Part shown: in pieces, positions 25,001 through 36,948 of the stretch | Layout of the letters: each line of letters starts with the position of its first letter | How positions within the stretch are numbered: position 1 is the stretch's first letter | Assembly: GCA_008632985.1 (NCBI GenBank) | Contig: QPGO01000104.1 | Coordinates: 62,001 to 126,000, forward strand | DNA length: 64,000 nt | DNA from: Psammoneis japonica | Taxonomy: Eukaryota | Reading direction: 5' to 3' | Program-made: the position numbers and the translations under genes | Notes under the pieces: generated by a model | What the model saw: the letters and a program-made list of their open reading frames with translations, nothing else | Databases searched by the model: none | What the model was told of the DNA's origin: nothing

Positions 25001-26478
25001 GTCGGAATGCCACTGAGTTCCGACAGCGTTTCGAGTTCCTCGACCGAGGTAATGACGGTCCCACCCTCTTCGACATCATTGTTGGGGTCGTGATCAAAGG
25101 TCAAATTGCCCAATTGCAACACAACACACAAGGCACGCATGAGGGTACGGAGAGACTCGCCTTCGAGCGTAAACACCTTGAGAGCTTGCAACGTCCGTGG
25201 CCACTGTTCGGCGTCTGTGACTCCGTCAATGGCGTGTGTGTCCGTAAAGCCGAGATATTTGAAGCTCTCCGTGGTTGTGTTTTCGAGTCCACTCCAAATT
25301 TCCTTTTTATACTCGTTCGGTGCCGCCAGCAATTGGTAAAAGACGTGATAGGTCCGTTCGTCTTGAGAATGAGACACGACGCGGCTCTTTTCCAATAGAT
25401 AGGTAGTACACTTGCTTCCCGCTAAAAGACAGTACGGAATATCTCGTCCGTGATGCTCGGCACTGGCCAGACTCTCCACGTCAAACTGAAGTTGTGTAAA
25501 TTTGCCAAACCGACTCGAATTGTCATTGCGAATCGTTTTGGCATTGCCAAAGGCTTCAAAGACGGGGTTGCTTTGCAATACTCGGCGCGTTGTTTCTTCT
25601 GCGGCTGAAACGGTTTCCTCCATGTCATCGTCCGGTGATTCCACTTGTTCTTCCTTGGGTCTTGTCAATTCTAGTGTGGCCAGCGATTGCATTAAAATTT
25701 TTACCGTTTCCGTCTTGCCTGCGCCAGATTCACCCGAAACCAAAATGGTTTGCGTGTCTCCCGACGTCGCGAGTCCCTTGTAACTCAAACACGAGGTTTC
25801 GTAAATGTGCGGATCGAAACCAAGACGATCGTACATGTTTCCAAAGGTACTAAAGTCTTGTTCCTTGTCTTCTTCTTCCAAATCCTTTTCTTCCCAAATT
25901 AAATTCTTGGCATAAACCTCTCGCTTTTCCTGAGAATACAATCCATCAATCCATAAAAACGGATTCATGGCGACCACAATATCTCCAACACGCGTATACG
26001 GCTGTAAGTTGGCATGGCGCTCCTTCAAGTTATACAGAATCGCAGCCTCGTGCAAGAACGGCAAATCCGCCATGTCGCGCTTGCCCAATAATTGTTGCGT
26101 GTTTTTATCAATGTTTTGCAGCGGCAACTCTGAATTATCATAATCGTTCAAATCCACCACGCGAGTCACTTTAGGAACGGCATGATCCGTACTACTCTTT
26201 TCTTCTTCTTCTTCCGTTGTCTCAATCAAGGCATCTTCTAGATTTTCAATCGTCGAATCACGAGACAGTACGGTCGAATCATGCCATGTCTTGGGGATTT
26301 CAATCGATACCGTTACACGTTGTGTTTGCTCAATGTCATCCGTGTTGATAATTTTGGCCGGCAACCATTCATACGCATCATCCTTGACATAGACACCCGT
26401 GACGGATGATTGATATACCGACGATAAGCGACGCGGTGGACTGCGGCGGGGTGGTGGAGTAGTGGATGACGACGACAT
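22046..26478 (-). CDS. Myosin heavy chain (motor, IQ motifs, coiled-coil tail); intron 23306-23211; frameshift ~24910
   Basis: P-loop GESGAGKT, NPVFEAFGNAKTIRNDNSSRFGK, LLDIFGFE, YIRCIKPN and IQ-like repeats. Adding one G restores AKEGCDALAKEIY. The likely start is MSSSSTTPPP at 26478. Confidence 0.92.
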
Positions 26479-26479
26479 G

Positions 26480-27955
26480 GTGTGAAGTGATGTTGTTGAA
26501 AAGCGTTGAGAGAATGCGGGCAAAAGATGTTGGCGAAAAATGACTGCATGAAAAAGCTTTCCCGCGCAAAACGAGTCCCGCGCGATCTTTTGGCTCCTGC
26601 GCTCGCGCTCTTTGATCGCGCGTGCGTTTGGGGGTGAGTGGTTGGCCAGGATGGGGCGACAGACAGAGCAGGAAGTGTCACACAAACAAGAAAGTGCACA
26701 GCTGAATAAAGTCCCAGGGAATGTGGCATGTTTGTTTGAACAGCAACGACACTGGCAACACAGTGCTGCTGTGGAAACAGAAAGATCGCTGGTGCAAAAA
26801 TGAGGGAAACTCTTTGTCCAAAGTCCTTGCAAAAAACAACTCAGCTGTTGCAAGGGTGAAGCTTGCATCAGCCTCCACATTTGGGAAACAGCCATGTCAG
26901 AAAAAGCCTCAGGCAAAGCGGTGAATGCCAACAAAAGCAAAGGGCCCTGTGCAGCGCCGCATGCGCAAAAAATGGTGGCAGACATGAACGGACACCATCT
27001 CATGTGAAGTTCGGCGGCAGTGGCTGACACAAGCTTTCCTGGTTTGTCTTTTGCCATTGCAAGTTTGAGCACCAAGCTGCCCAAGTGCCATGGCTTTGAG
27101 CTCAGTTGCTTGAGCATGCATGACTGAGCCCACTGTCACTTGCATGCATGCACCACTGTGTGGTCACACACAAACATGCCAGCACTGGGCCAGCAAGTTT
27201 TTTGAAACTTGTGCTGGAGAGTCTTTTGTTTTCAAGCCAGGTTGCAGTGGAGGGAGCCTTCAAGCTTGGTCATGGTCAAAGAGCAATTTTTTGACAAACA
27301 ATGGTGGTCAAAGCACAATCTTTCAACAAGTCATTTGAAAGTGCAAGTGTGCTTGTTGTCTCTTTCAAGTGTGACAACTTTGTCTCATCTTCCAAACAAA
27401 TGTCTTGTGCACACAACAAAGCAGTCTCTCAGCTTGCAGCAAAAGTGGTGCAAGCTTTGCAGCTCATTGTCTCATGTGCCCAATCTCCCCGCTGCAGAAG
27501 CTGTGCAAAAACAGCACCAGGTTTTGTTGATGTTGAAGGGAGCTCAAAAAGTTGAAACACAAGGGCACTGCAAAGCCAGGTGCTGACCCTGAACAGAGCT
27601 TTTTTTGTGCAAAACACTGGCAAACTCCCAACACAAGCCAACGAGGCAATGTGCTCCAAGTGGGTCAGTTGAAACCTGCAAATGACCACGGCAAACATGC
27701 AGTCGACAGCTGAGAGGGGGCAACGGCAAAGCCAGCAGTGTGCTCGCTTGCTGGGATTTTGGCAACAAGGGAGTGACGGGCACAACAGTCTGTCCAAAAA
27801 TGGCTGGGAAGTGGGTGATGATGCAGCTGCCTTGTTTGCAGCCTTTGTCAAGCAAGGAGGAGAGGGGGGGGGGGGGGGTGGCAAAACTTCACAGAGAGGA
27901 GTCAGCACAGCAGAGACACTGCCAAAGTGTGGCTGGCTTTGACAAGATTTTCATT
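26480..27955. other. TpA-depleted island C
   Basis: About one TA (~26707) in ~1.5 kb. CpG is retained at the left edge and depleted in the core. G15 run at 27864-27878. Confidence 0.85.
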
Positions 27956-28205
27956 GCAATATTTTCCACCACTTGTGCAGGATTTACACGGAACAGAGTT
28001 GAGTGACATGATGTCTCAATTCGGAGAAAAGCCAATCGAAATTCGAAGCTTGTGATTGGTGTGTAAGAGTCCGCGATGCTGATTCCCACGTCTTTCCCGC
28101 GCCATCACAAAACACGAAACAGAAACGTGACTCAAAATGGCAGGATGAGCGTTATCGCCTCACAAAACAGAAAAATAAAGAATAAAAAACACGACTACAA
28201 GCATC

Positions 28206-28875
28206 ATGGGTGGATACTCTTCAAAGCATTTGTCCAAAGGGACTCTAGTCGGTGCATACGTGCCACCTGTTAGTTCTGACATTCCATTACCAGTAGCACC
28301 AAAACGAAAAAGAGATTCCGAATTACTGTACCGGTGCACAACAACAAGAGGAACAATGCCACAAGGAAACGAGTGAACATAGGGGGGGAGATGAAGTACG
28401 TCAATATCCCAGCAGGAGTGAAACCCGGCTGTTCCTTCATCTATGAGGAGGAATGCGTTGACACTGGAAAGGTGTACGCTTCGACACTGCCATCAGTTCC
28501 TGGACATGAAATTGTTCAATCCAAGCCAATCGTATGGGGTTCTGTTTCGCACGCTTTTAATCACATGTCTGGTGAAAGTGGGCAGCAACAAATGGGAAAG
28601 GAGGTTGGTCTGTTGATGCAAGAGTCACAAGAGAAATTCTAGAACAAACAATCGAGGTAGGTTGCAATGCATGTTTAGGCATGACATTCAATGTCACGAA
28701 TGATTCGTCGGGGGATAGTGGACAAAACAAAGTGGTGATTGTTACTGCGGTTGGAACGCCGTGCATTATCATACCAACTACTACACTGCCGACTGTTGAC
28801 GCTACAGTCATTGTGGAACCCTTATGCAATGCACCAACAAACGAAAATGCTTCTCCGATTTGTGCTGGAATTTAG
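28206..28875 (+). CDS. YbjQ/UPF0145-like domain protein (two apparent frameshifts, ~28312 and ~28637)
   Basis: STLPSVPGHEIV...IVWG...GCNACLGMTF...VIVTAVGTP matches the YbjQ-like pattern. Confidence 0.7.
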
Positions 28876-29759
28876 CAAGTAACCAAATCCAGTTCGAAAA
28901 ACTGGAATGGCATTCGGGGTGAGATTCAATGGTTTCGATGGACCAGTAAAATTCGTTTGAGCACTTTAGCTGGAGTACATCGGCATGCCATGACATTTAC
29001 AGTATGATGCAGATTGAAGATACGCATAAGCAAAATCCTTAAACCTTTTAGACGCTTCTCATTATAACAGACCGCAGAGTAGCATGAACCTTGCTTATTC
29101 ACCTTCATTATTCTTCTTAAGGCATGTTATCAACATCTCTCCAGAACCGCACTCTTGGGATCATTGCAACTCGATTGTCGAACGTAAGCGTCCTCGTCTC
29201 GTTGAAAGAACTGTCAGTCGCACCCGCAAACGGGAACACTTTTCTGAACTTTTTCCATGCAAACGTCACATATCCCAAGTTGGTAGCAGCGTTCCACAAA
29301 GTCTGCATCACCTCGTTGGGGAGGCTTCCCGTCATTCTCATCGATACTGTAACCATTTGGTAATGCGCGGAACACTTATTCCGCAATGGCGCAAGCAAAA
29401 TCGTAGACGAATATAGTCATAGATTGACGCGGGTGAGCCTCAAACATATAATCCATGAAGTCCTTTCGAAACCTCGCTTGGTCACTTGGCTGATTTTCCC
29501 GCCACTGACAAATCATACCTTATTTTACTTTATCCCCTTCTTCGCCAAGAGAATTCAGCTCCTTGAACCGGCAACAGCAATCGCCTACTTTGCACTTTTT
29601 GGCTTGTGCCATGACAGCGTAAAGCTTCCATTGCCAGTTGCGCGCATGTACCAGAAACGCATTAGCTCCAGGAATGCACATCAGCACTCGCAAGTGGTAG
29701 TCACACAACATGTGACCAAAAAACAGGGTTTGGGGCCAATTTCTGGTGCAAAAAATATG

Positions 29760-32235
29760 CAGAAAATTCACGCAGAATGTCTTGTTCATCGTGCAACAAT
29801 GGGCCACGACCTCAAGGAGTCGATTTCAGTCATGATTATCGACACTTTGTGCACTCACTTTCTGATGACTGGCATGACGATGTCCACCTTTTTGCAAAAC
29901 TCCATGTCATTGGAAAATGTTCGCTGTGGTCCCACCACAGCGAAGTGCTGATCAAACAATGGAAAATGGAGGTTTGAAGTGTTCATGCACAGAATCGTGT
30001 TGCTTGTGCAAAAGTCATCATGCAGAGCATCAACGGTTTCAGGGGAAAATGATTCCTTCTTGAGGCAGCCCAAACCCTGATTTTTATGATTTTTTCTGGC
30101 TCATCCAGTTTTGACGGGGTCTGAGTCTGGAACAAGTCCTGCTGTGCATGTTTGGCTGTGTGGCAGCAGCCCCGCTTGGCTGGGCAAAAAAGCAAAGCTC
30201 ATGACTGACCAAATGAAGCAGTGCTGCCCATGTGTGTGCCGCCATTTGAGGGTGGTTGGTTGCTGCTTTTTTGGCTTAAATTTAGCCAAACAGATTGTGT
30301 GTTTGCATGTTTTTTCCTGAGTTTCACCCCGTGCTTGACTGCAGCAAAAACATCAAGCCACAAGTCTGGCTGTGTGGCGAATGTAGCCCATCTTCAAACT
30401 CTCATGTGTTTCATGTTCCTTGCGCACCAAAGATCTCACACACATGAAAAATTTGAGGATGGCAAGCTGCATTTTTGAGAAATGTTGATGATTGTCATCC
30501 TCATTGTGCTTCAATCATGGCGCGCAATGTTCTCGTTTTTGTGTTTGATTGGCGATCGGGTGTGAACAAGAACAAAAGAACAATTTTTGAAGCCAAGAGC
30601 AGACACTGGCATCCAAATGCCATGGTGATTTTGGGGTGAACACAGGGATGACCCCCCTTGATTGGGGCCAAAAGCCATCATTGTCAATGCATCGAGTTCT
30701 CAGGAAACACTTTTGCATTTGAAAAACATGGTTGGCACCGTCAAGTTGCCATCTCTCAGTCATTGGCATGGCAATTTTCTCACCCGCAGTGCAAGAAAAA
30801 AATCAAACCACTCATGGGGGTTCAATGCATGGAGTCTGGAACAGGCAAACTGTGGTGTGGCTTGGGGGGGGGGTGCAGAAATTCACGAGCGCAGTTTGTG
30901 TCACAGAGGGTCAAATGCCAAGTTTCACAAAAAAATGAGGCTTGCAATGAACAAGATGGCAGCAACATGTGAGACTGTTGAGAATCAAGCAAACCAATGA
31001 AATGAAACATGCATTGTGCCACACAGACGTCAATGTGTCGACTGACACACCATGCCATCATCATGGATGTTGCGTCATCTTTCACATTTTTGCCCATCAT
31101 CTGGCTCTTCAGGTCATTGAACCGTGAACCGTGGCAGGGGTTTGCATGGAAGCCCAGGAAAATGCAAAGCATCTGTGAAACATGAACACATCTGTGGTTG
31201 AACATTGTCAAACAGAATTTTTGCTGTGACAAGCTTGAAAACATCTGTCAAATGATGAAGTGCAAGAGCTGTCATTTTGCTTCTTTGAAATTTTCAATTG
31301 AGGAGAGTTTTCAAAATTGCTGCAAAGTGACTGCAAAGCGACTGGCTGCACAGAAACTTTGAAGTGTCTCAAAGAATCTGAAAGTTGTCTGTGCTTTGAA
31401 GACTTTGAAGAAAATTGATTGATGACCTCTGTGTTTTAAAACAAAAGCAATCTTCAACACAGTTGTTCATTCTTTGAAGAAACTTTAAAGGCTGCAGCAT
31501 GATGCAACACCAACTCAAAAACATCTGTCCCTGAATGTCTTCATTGCAAATGGTCAAAAACAGAACCTCACCAAGTTTCAAAAATGAGCATGTCACGGCC
31601 AAGCACAAAGCACAAATGCCACAAGTTTTGCTTGCATGGCACTTGCTGCAGGGCCCCATGCATGCCGGCACTGTGGTCATTGTTGCAATGGGCAAAGGAC
31701 TTGTCAAAGGGTCTGATCACTGCAATCTTGTCTGGGACCAGCTTTTTGGTGAGAACACCATGCTTGGTGGCTGTCATTGCATTGGGGTCATGTGCACCAA
31801 GCCGGCGCTGCGTCTGACTCCAAAAAGGCATGGGGTGCCATTGCTGTGCAAAAGTGAAAATCACAAGGAGCCACCCAGCACTCGTTCACTCTGCTCAGAG
31901 TCTGAGACAGACTCAGCTTCCGCGAACAATTTTGAGTCAGGCCTCCAAGACATCTTTTGGATCTTTGACAGCCAATTCTCAAAGAATGGGGTGAGTGCAC
32001 TGCATGGTGGCACAGTGTGACATTGCGTTGCGAAGCCCCCTGCTTCAAAGTGCACTTTGAAGACACTTTGAAGACACTTCGAAGTGTCTTCAACATTTAA
32101 AATCAAATGATGTCATCTTCATTCAATGGAAATTCTGCGCAGTGACTTCGAAGTGTCTTCAAAGCTTCCAAGACTTAAGGTGGTGCAAGACAAAAATTGT
32201 CGGGAATTTTTTCTGGTGTGATTTCTGCACTTTTC
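29760..32235. other. TpA-depleted island D
   Basis: About 8 TA in ~2.5 kb, mostly in TTAA/TTA context. TG/CA excess. Confidence 0.85.
32043..32093. repeat. Two adjacent perfect palindromes (20 bp at 32043-32062; 26 bp at 32068-32093) built from cttygaag units
   Basis: cttcaaagtgcactttgaag and ttgaagacacttcgaagtgtcttcaa. Related units at ~32145-32165 and ~31357-31410. Confidence 0.85.
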
Positions 32236-33160
32236 NNNNNNNNNNNNNNNNNNNNNNNNNNNNNNNNNNNNNNNNNNNNNNNNNNNNNNNNNNNNNNNNN
32301 NNNNNNNNNNNNNNNNNNNNNNNNNNNNNNNNNNNNNNNNNNNNNNNNNNNNNNNNNNNNNNNNNNNNNNNNNNNNNNNNNNNNNNNNNNNNNNNNNNNN
32401 NNNNNNNNNNNNNNNNNNNNNNNNNNNNNNNNNNNNNNNNNNNNNNNNNNNNNCGTAGGTGGGAATCCGTGTGACATTGGGCCCGTAGACTTCTACGTGC
32501 GAGCTCCGTAGTAAAATTATACGGTAATTAAAATGTCAATGATCGCCAACAGAAAATGAGGCAATTTTGCGAACGCACAAACTCGCACATGATTGAAGTA
32601 CATCATTTTTTACTTAGCCAGTTACATTCTTCAGACATTGAAGAATGTAACTGGCGCATTATTGTTTCTATAAATTTGTTATATAAAACGTCTGGGGCTT
32701 CGCAAAACAGCGAGTCTGGACAATTTTTTTTAAATATCACACGTAGAAATCTACGTACGAAACATACGACGGATGATAAAAATTATTGTTGTCACACGTC
32801 AGTACTACGAGCTCCCACCTAGGGCTGGAACGCGTCGAAAGGTGCAGTTTCTTTCGCTCGACAGGTGGCGCCAAGACATTGGTGAAAGTGTCTGCATGCT
32901 TGAATTCTCAAGTGTTTTTGTCTTGAAAGTGCCTTTCATGGCCCTTCCGAGATGACATTGAGGAACAGGCGACAAATGAGCGATCTCCGAAACGGAATTT
33001 CCGTTGAGCGACACACTTGCAATCACGCGCTTGCCGACCCACGTGGTTCGCCCACAAAACACAATGCATTTTGTATGACGACGGATTCCTGATTACCGTC
33101 ATTTTCAATGAAAATGCGCGCAGAAACGATTTTCACAATTTTCGTCTCGTACCACCTTAA
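32175..33160. mobile_element. Non-autonomous TIR DNA transposon flanked by TTAA, Kolobok-like; spans assembly gap
   Basis: TTAA(32175-78)+ggtggtgcaagacaaaaattgt at the left end and acaattttcgtctcgtaccacc+TTAA(33157-60) at the right. The 22-bp TIRs have 3 mismatches. TTAA target with RR...YY termini fits Kolobok. Confidence 0.7.
32236..32453. other. Assembly gap (218 N)
   Basis: Run of N. Confidence 1.
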
Positions 33161-33392
33161 ATAAAACTGTTGCGAGCTCCTCAACAATGTAAATCGTGTT
33201 ACGTCACAACAGGAATGTGGAATCTTTCCGCATCTTCGCAGTTTCCCGGGATTCCCGTTCTCCTTTGGTCGTGGATTCTTTGGTCGTGGATTTTTTCGCT
33301 GGCAGCATGCACCACTTGCTCTATTTGCACCAGTTGAAAGTCGCTCTCATTATCTGCTCCTCGGTGTGTCCCTTGAGGTGCTGTTGTCGACA

Positions 33393-36370
33393 ATGATGAA
33401 TCGTTCCAATGAGACAAATGACGACATCGACACTTGTGACAGACAAGGCGTTGATGCTAGCAACAACCTGACAGAAACCCATGATCACAAAAAGGAAACG
33501 AAAAGTTGGAAGAGTTTCGAGAATCAAGGTGCGACGACGACGAGCATGTTTCTCCTCCCGCTCGCAAGAAGAAAAAGAAGAAGCACCGCCGAGCTGGTCA
33601 TCGTCGTCAACATCGACAAAAGGAAGAAGATCGGTTGATTCACGGACATCAGCAACAAGAACGACTCCGTACACGAGATACCGGCAGGGTAGCCGCAAAC
33701 GCTGCATCAAGTACGGTGCTTACGAGTACTTCTGCTGTTGCTGTTGGAGCTTTTGCCGTTGGTCAAGAAGGGCAACAAGTTCAACGACGAGCAAGGAACT
33801 TCACTGACAACAGTAATGTGACGCAACTCTTGTCAGAACTCGAAACTTCCGGTTCTCATCATTCTCTATCTGACACACATCCACCTACGCCTGTTCCTGG
33901 AAGTGCCAACATAAGTCCTGTGCTTATCGAAGCAGAACTGGCGATCCAAGTGAAGACATTCTGATCATGCGTGACCAAGTTGCCCGTCTTGCGGACGAGA
34001 ACAATCGTCTTGAAGACGAAAACATTCGTCTTCGACAGGCAGAAGTTGCTCAAGTTGTGGTGACGACTCCTGATGTTGAAAATGAAAACGAAGCGACGCG
34101 TTTGGAAGATGATGATGATGACGGGTTACTACACAGAAAGCATCGCCAAAAACGTTTCATACTTCTGGGATCAGTAGTATTGGTCAGCATTGCTGCAATT
34201 ATTGGAGGTGTTGTCGGAGTCACGTCAGGCAGTGATAGTATCAACCCTCATACACTCACCATGGAGACCAAAGAAGTTACCGGATTGGTCATGAACTTGG
34301 TTGGTGTAGGCACTGAACTTGATGGGGAACACTCGATTTATGGGTGGCAACAACCAAGGATTTTATTGAGGAATATTACAAGACCAATCGTCGTCGTGGC
34401 CTCTTCGCATCCCGGCGGAACTTACAAGCGTCAAATATATTCAACGTTGAGACGACACTGGAGGTTGCCAGTAACAATGTGGTTCGGGTGGTGATAACGG
34501 CTTAGGGCCTTCTCTACAAGTCAGTTATGACCAAGCCTTCACTTATGCTTTTGAGAGCAGCGGAAAGGTCATTTCTGTAGAAGCGTTGGCAACAGAGCCA
34601 TTCAAGATACCCGAAAGGAGAATGGCTTACGTTGATGACCTAAAGATAGCCGGCGTGAATGCCGGTAGCGACATATTCAACATGTTGGTTGAAGTCAGCT
34701 CCGTAGCAACCACTACTGAAGATCCAACGCCGTCACCCACAAAAGGTGATGTATTAAATGGCACAGAGTCACCGACACTACATCCATCGGTGCCACCATC
34801 CAGTTCAGCCCCAACGACCAACACAATATCATCAGTTCCCACGGGAAGTCCAACTTCAAAAATCCCCACACCTCCAACGAATCCTGACCAAGAGATGACC
34901 CATAGTCCATCGTTGCTTCCATCGAACGACCCAACTCTCATTTCAACCATTCCGCAGACTCTAGATCCAACGACCAGTCCCACTACTCTGCCGATCCAGC
35001 GTCCGACGATACGTAGCACCGGGAATCCAACGACCAGTCCCACTACTCCGCCAACGACCAGTCCCACTACTCCGCCAACGACCAGTCCCACTACTCCGCC
35101 GACTCATCGCCCGACAACACGTAGCACCGGGAATCCAACGACCAGTCCTACTACTCCGCCGACTCAGCGTCCGACGACACGCAGTCCAACGATATTACCT
35201 ACGACAAATCCAACTTCTTGTCCCACTGGGAATCCAACGCCCACTCCTCCTCCGACTGTGGCTCCAACAACAAATCCTGTTGTTTTTTCGCGAAATAGCC
35301 AATGGCTGCCAGTAGGACAGGCAGTGCATGGCAAAAATGAAGGTGATGATTTTGGCGGATCGGTCTCCCTTTCAAATGATGGAAACATCATGGCTGTCGG
35401 ACCGCCGCTTGAATTCTTTGGCGTCGGCTATGTAGCTGTGTTTCGATTCAATCCATCAACCAAGGAGTGGATAGCCATGGGTCAAGAGTTAGTGGGCAAT
35501 CGTGGTGGATTTGGTACATCACTTTCCTTGAATGGTGACGGCACGGTCCTAGCCGTCGGGGAACCAGGCGACGGTTATGTATATGTATTCAATTATGATT
35601 CAGACACGGACAGTTGGCTCCTACGAGGCAATGTTTTGGTTCTTGGAGAATATGATGTTAGACATGTCATCTTATCAAAGCAGGGAGACATCCTTGCCAC
35701 TGGAGGAAATGGTTTTGAACCCATTCACTTCTTTCGGTACGACCGCGACGCAAATTACTGGTATCTACACGGAGAGCCACTCCATGCTGGAGCCGCTGAT
35801 GAGGGTGGGTATTCCATGTCTTTAAGTGGCTCTGGGTCGACTTTTGTAATTGGAAATTATTTGAGTTTTTACGACGGGGTATCGGGTTCTGTGTTGGTTC
35901 ATCAATACAACTCTACTTCGTCGACATGGGATTTTATTGGCTCCCCGAACGGCAGTTTTCAAGATGGGCGTGAGTTTGGTTGTTCCGTTTCATTGGATGA
36001 CAGTGGTTTGGTCATGGCTGTTGGGGCGTGTGGATCTGGATTTCTCCAATCAGCTCCGGGAAGTGTTTATGCTTTTGCGTATGACACCGAAAAATCAGCT
36101 TGGAGTCCACTTGGGCAAATTCTTACGAGTTCCGAACGTTCTGCGTATTTTGGTTGGGAGGTGTCGTTAAGTGGAGATGGAAGTGTGATGGCTGTGGGGG
36201 ATTGGGATCAAGTTTCAATGTATTTTTACGATTCCTCAGAATGGGTTCAATTGGGCCAGAGTTTACCGGGACGCTCCGTTTCCTTGTCTGTCAATGGAAC
36301 CGTCGTTGCAATTGGTAACGCAGGCGAGGTACATGCTTTCTCTTTGCAACAAATGATCGCGATACCATAA
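33393..36370 (+). CDS. Type II membrane cell-surface protein: coiled coil, TM helix, Pro/Thr mucin-like stalk, C-terminal beta-propeller (FG-GAP-like repeats); frameshifts in 5' half
   Basis: TM segment FILLGSVVLVSIAAIIGGVVGV and PTTSPTTP repeats. Repeated FG.SVSLS.DG..MAVG units in ORF 34586-36370. Confidence 0.75.
34967..35190 (+). repeat. Coding minisatellite, 24-bp ccaacgaccagtcccactactccg units (PTTSPTTP) within a longer-period repeat
   Basis: Directly visible tandem units. Confidence 0.9.
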
Positions 36371-36948
36371 CCAAATTTGATGCAACCTCCTCCAGACTCC
36401 GCATCAGTCACTGATCATTGATCCCTGGATTTCTGACAGAAGCTGTCGCAACCACAACTGAACACTGTGCGCTGAAATCTTTCTTCTCCGACCGGGGATC
36501 CTGTGCTTGCGCTGTGGTTCGAGTGGCCGTTCTGAATGAAACTTCTCCGCTCCGTCGGAAGTTGCCACAACGGTGTGTCATGGCATTCACAGAGCAATGC
36601 AGATTGAAGATGCCTAACATTTCGTTGCACTTTTTGTTGACATTGTGCGTTCTTTGTTCTCATTGCAGTTATCGTTCTTTTATGCCCGCTGCGATTTGCT
36701 TTCAGCCAATTTTGCTCGTTTCGCGCCAAAAAGCACCGCTGCGCACTGACGATGGACAGATAGTTCAAAAACAGCGAACCACGACAGAATGACGGACGGA
36801 TGTCATTTGAATGACTAATTGACCGTTAAAAGACATAACCGTTTGAATACACATCTACGTTTTGAATACAAGTTATACTCTCAACGTATGCCTCCGCTCA
36901 GCTCAAACGCTGTCATTTTCTGCAACAGCATACGGTACAAGTACCACC

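Noticed and set aside
24793..27117. 774-aa ORF taken at face value as the myosin N-terminus
   Set aside because: The first 213 codons lie in TA-free island C and have island composition. The likely start is 26478.
32142..32511. ORFs containing X runs
   Set aside because: Artefacts of the N gap.
34967..35190. CRISPR-like array
   Set aside because: In-frame Pro/Thr coding minisatellite with no unique spacers, in a eukaryotic context.
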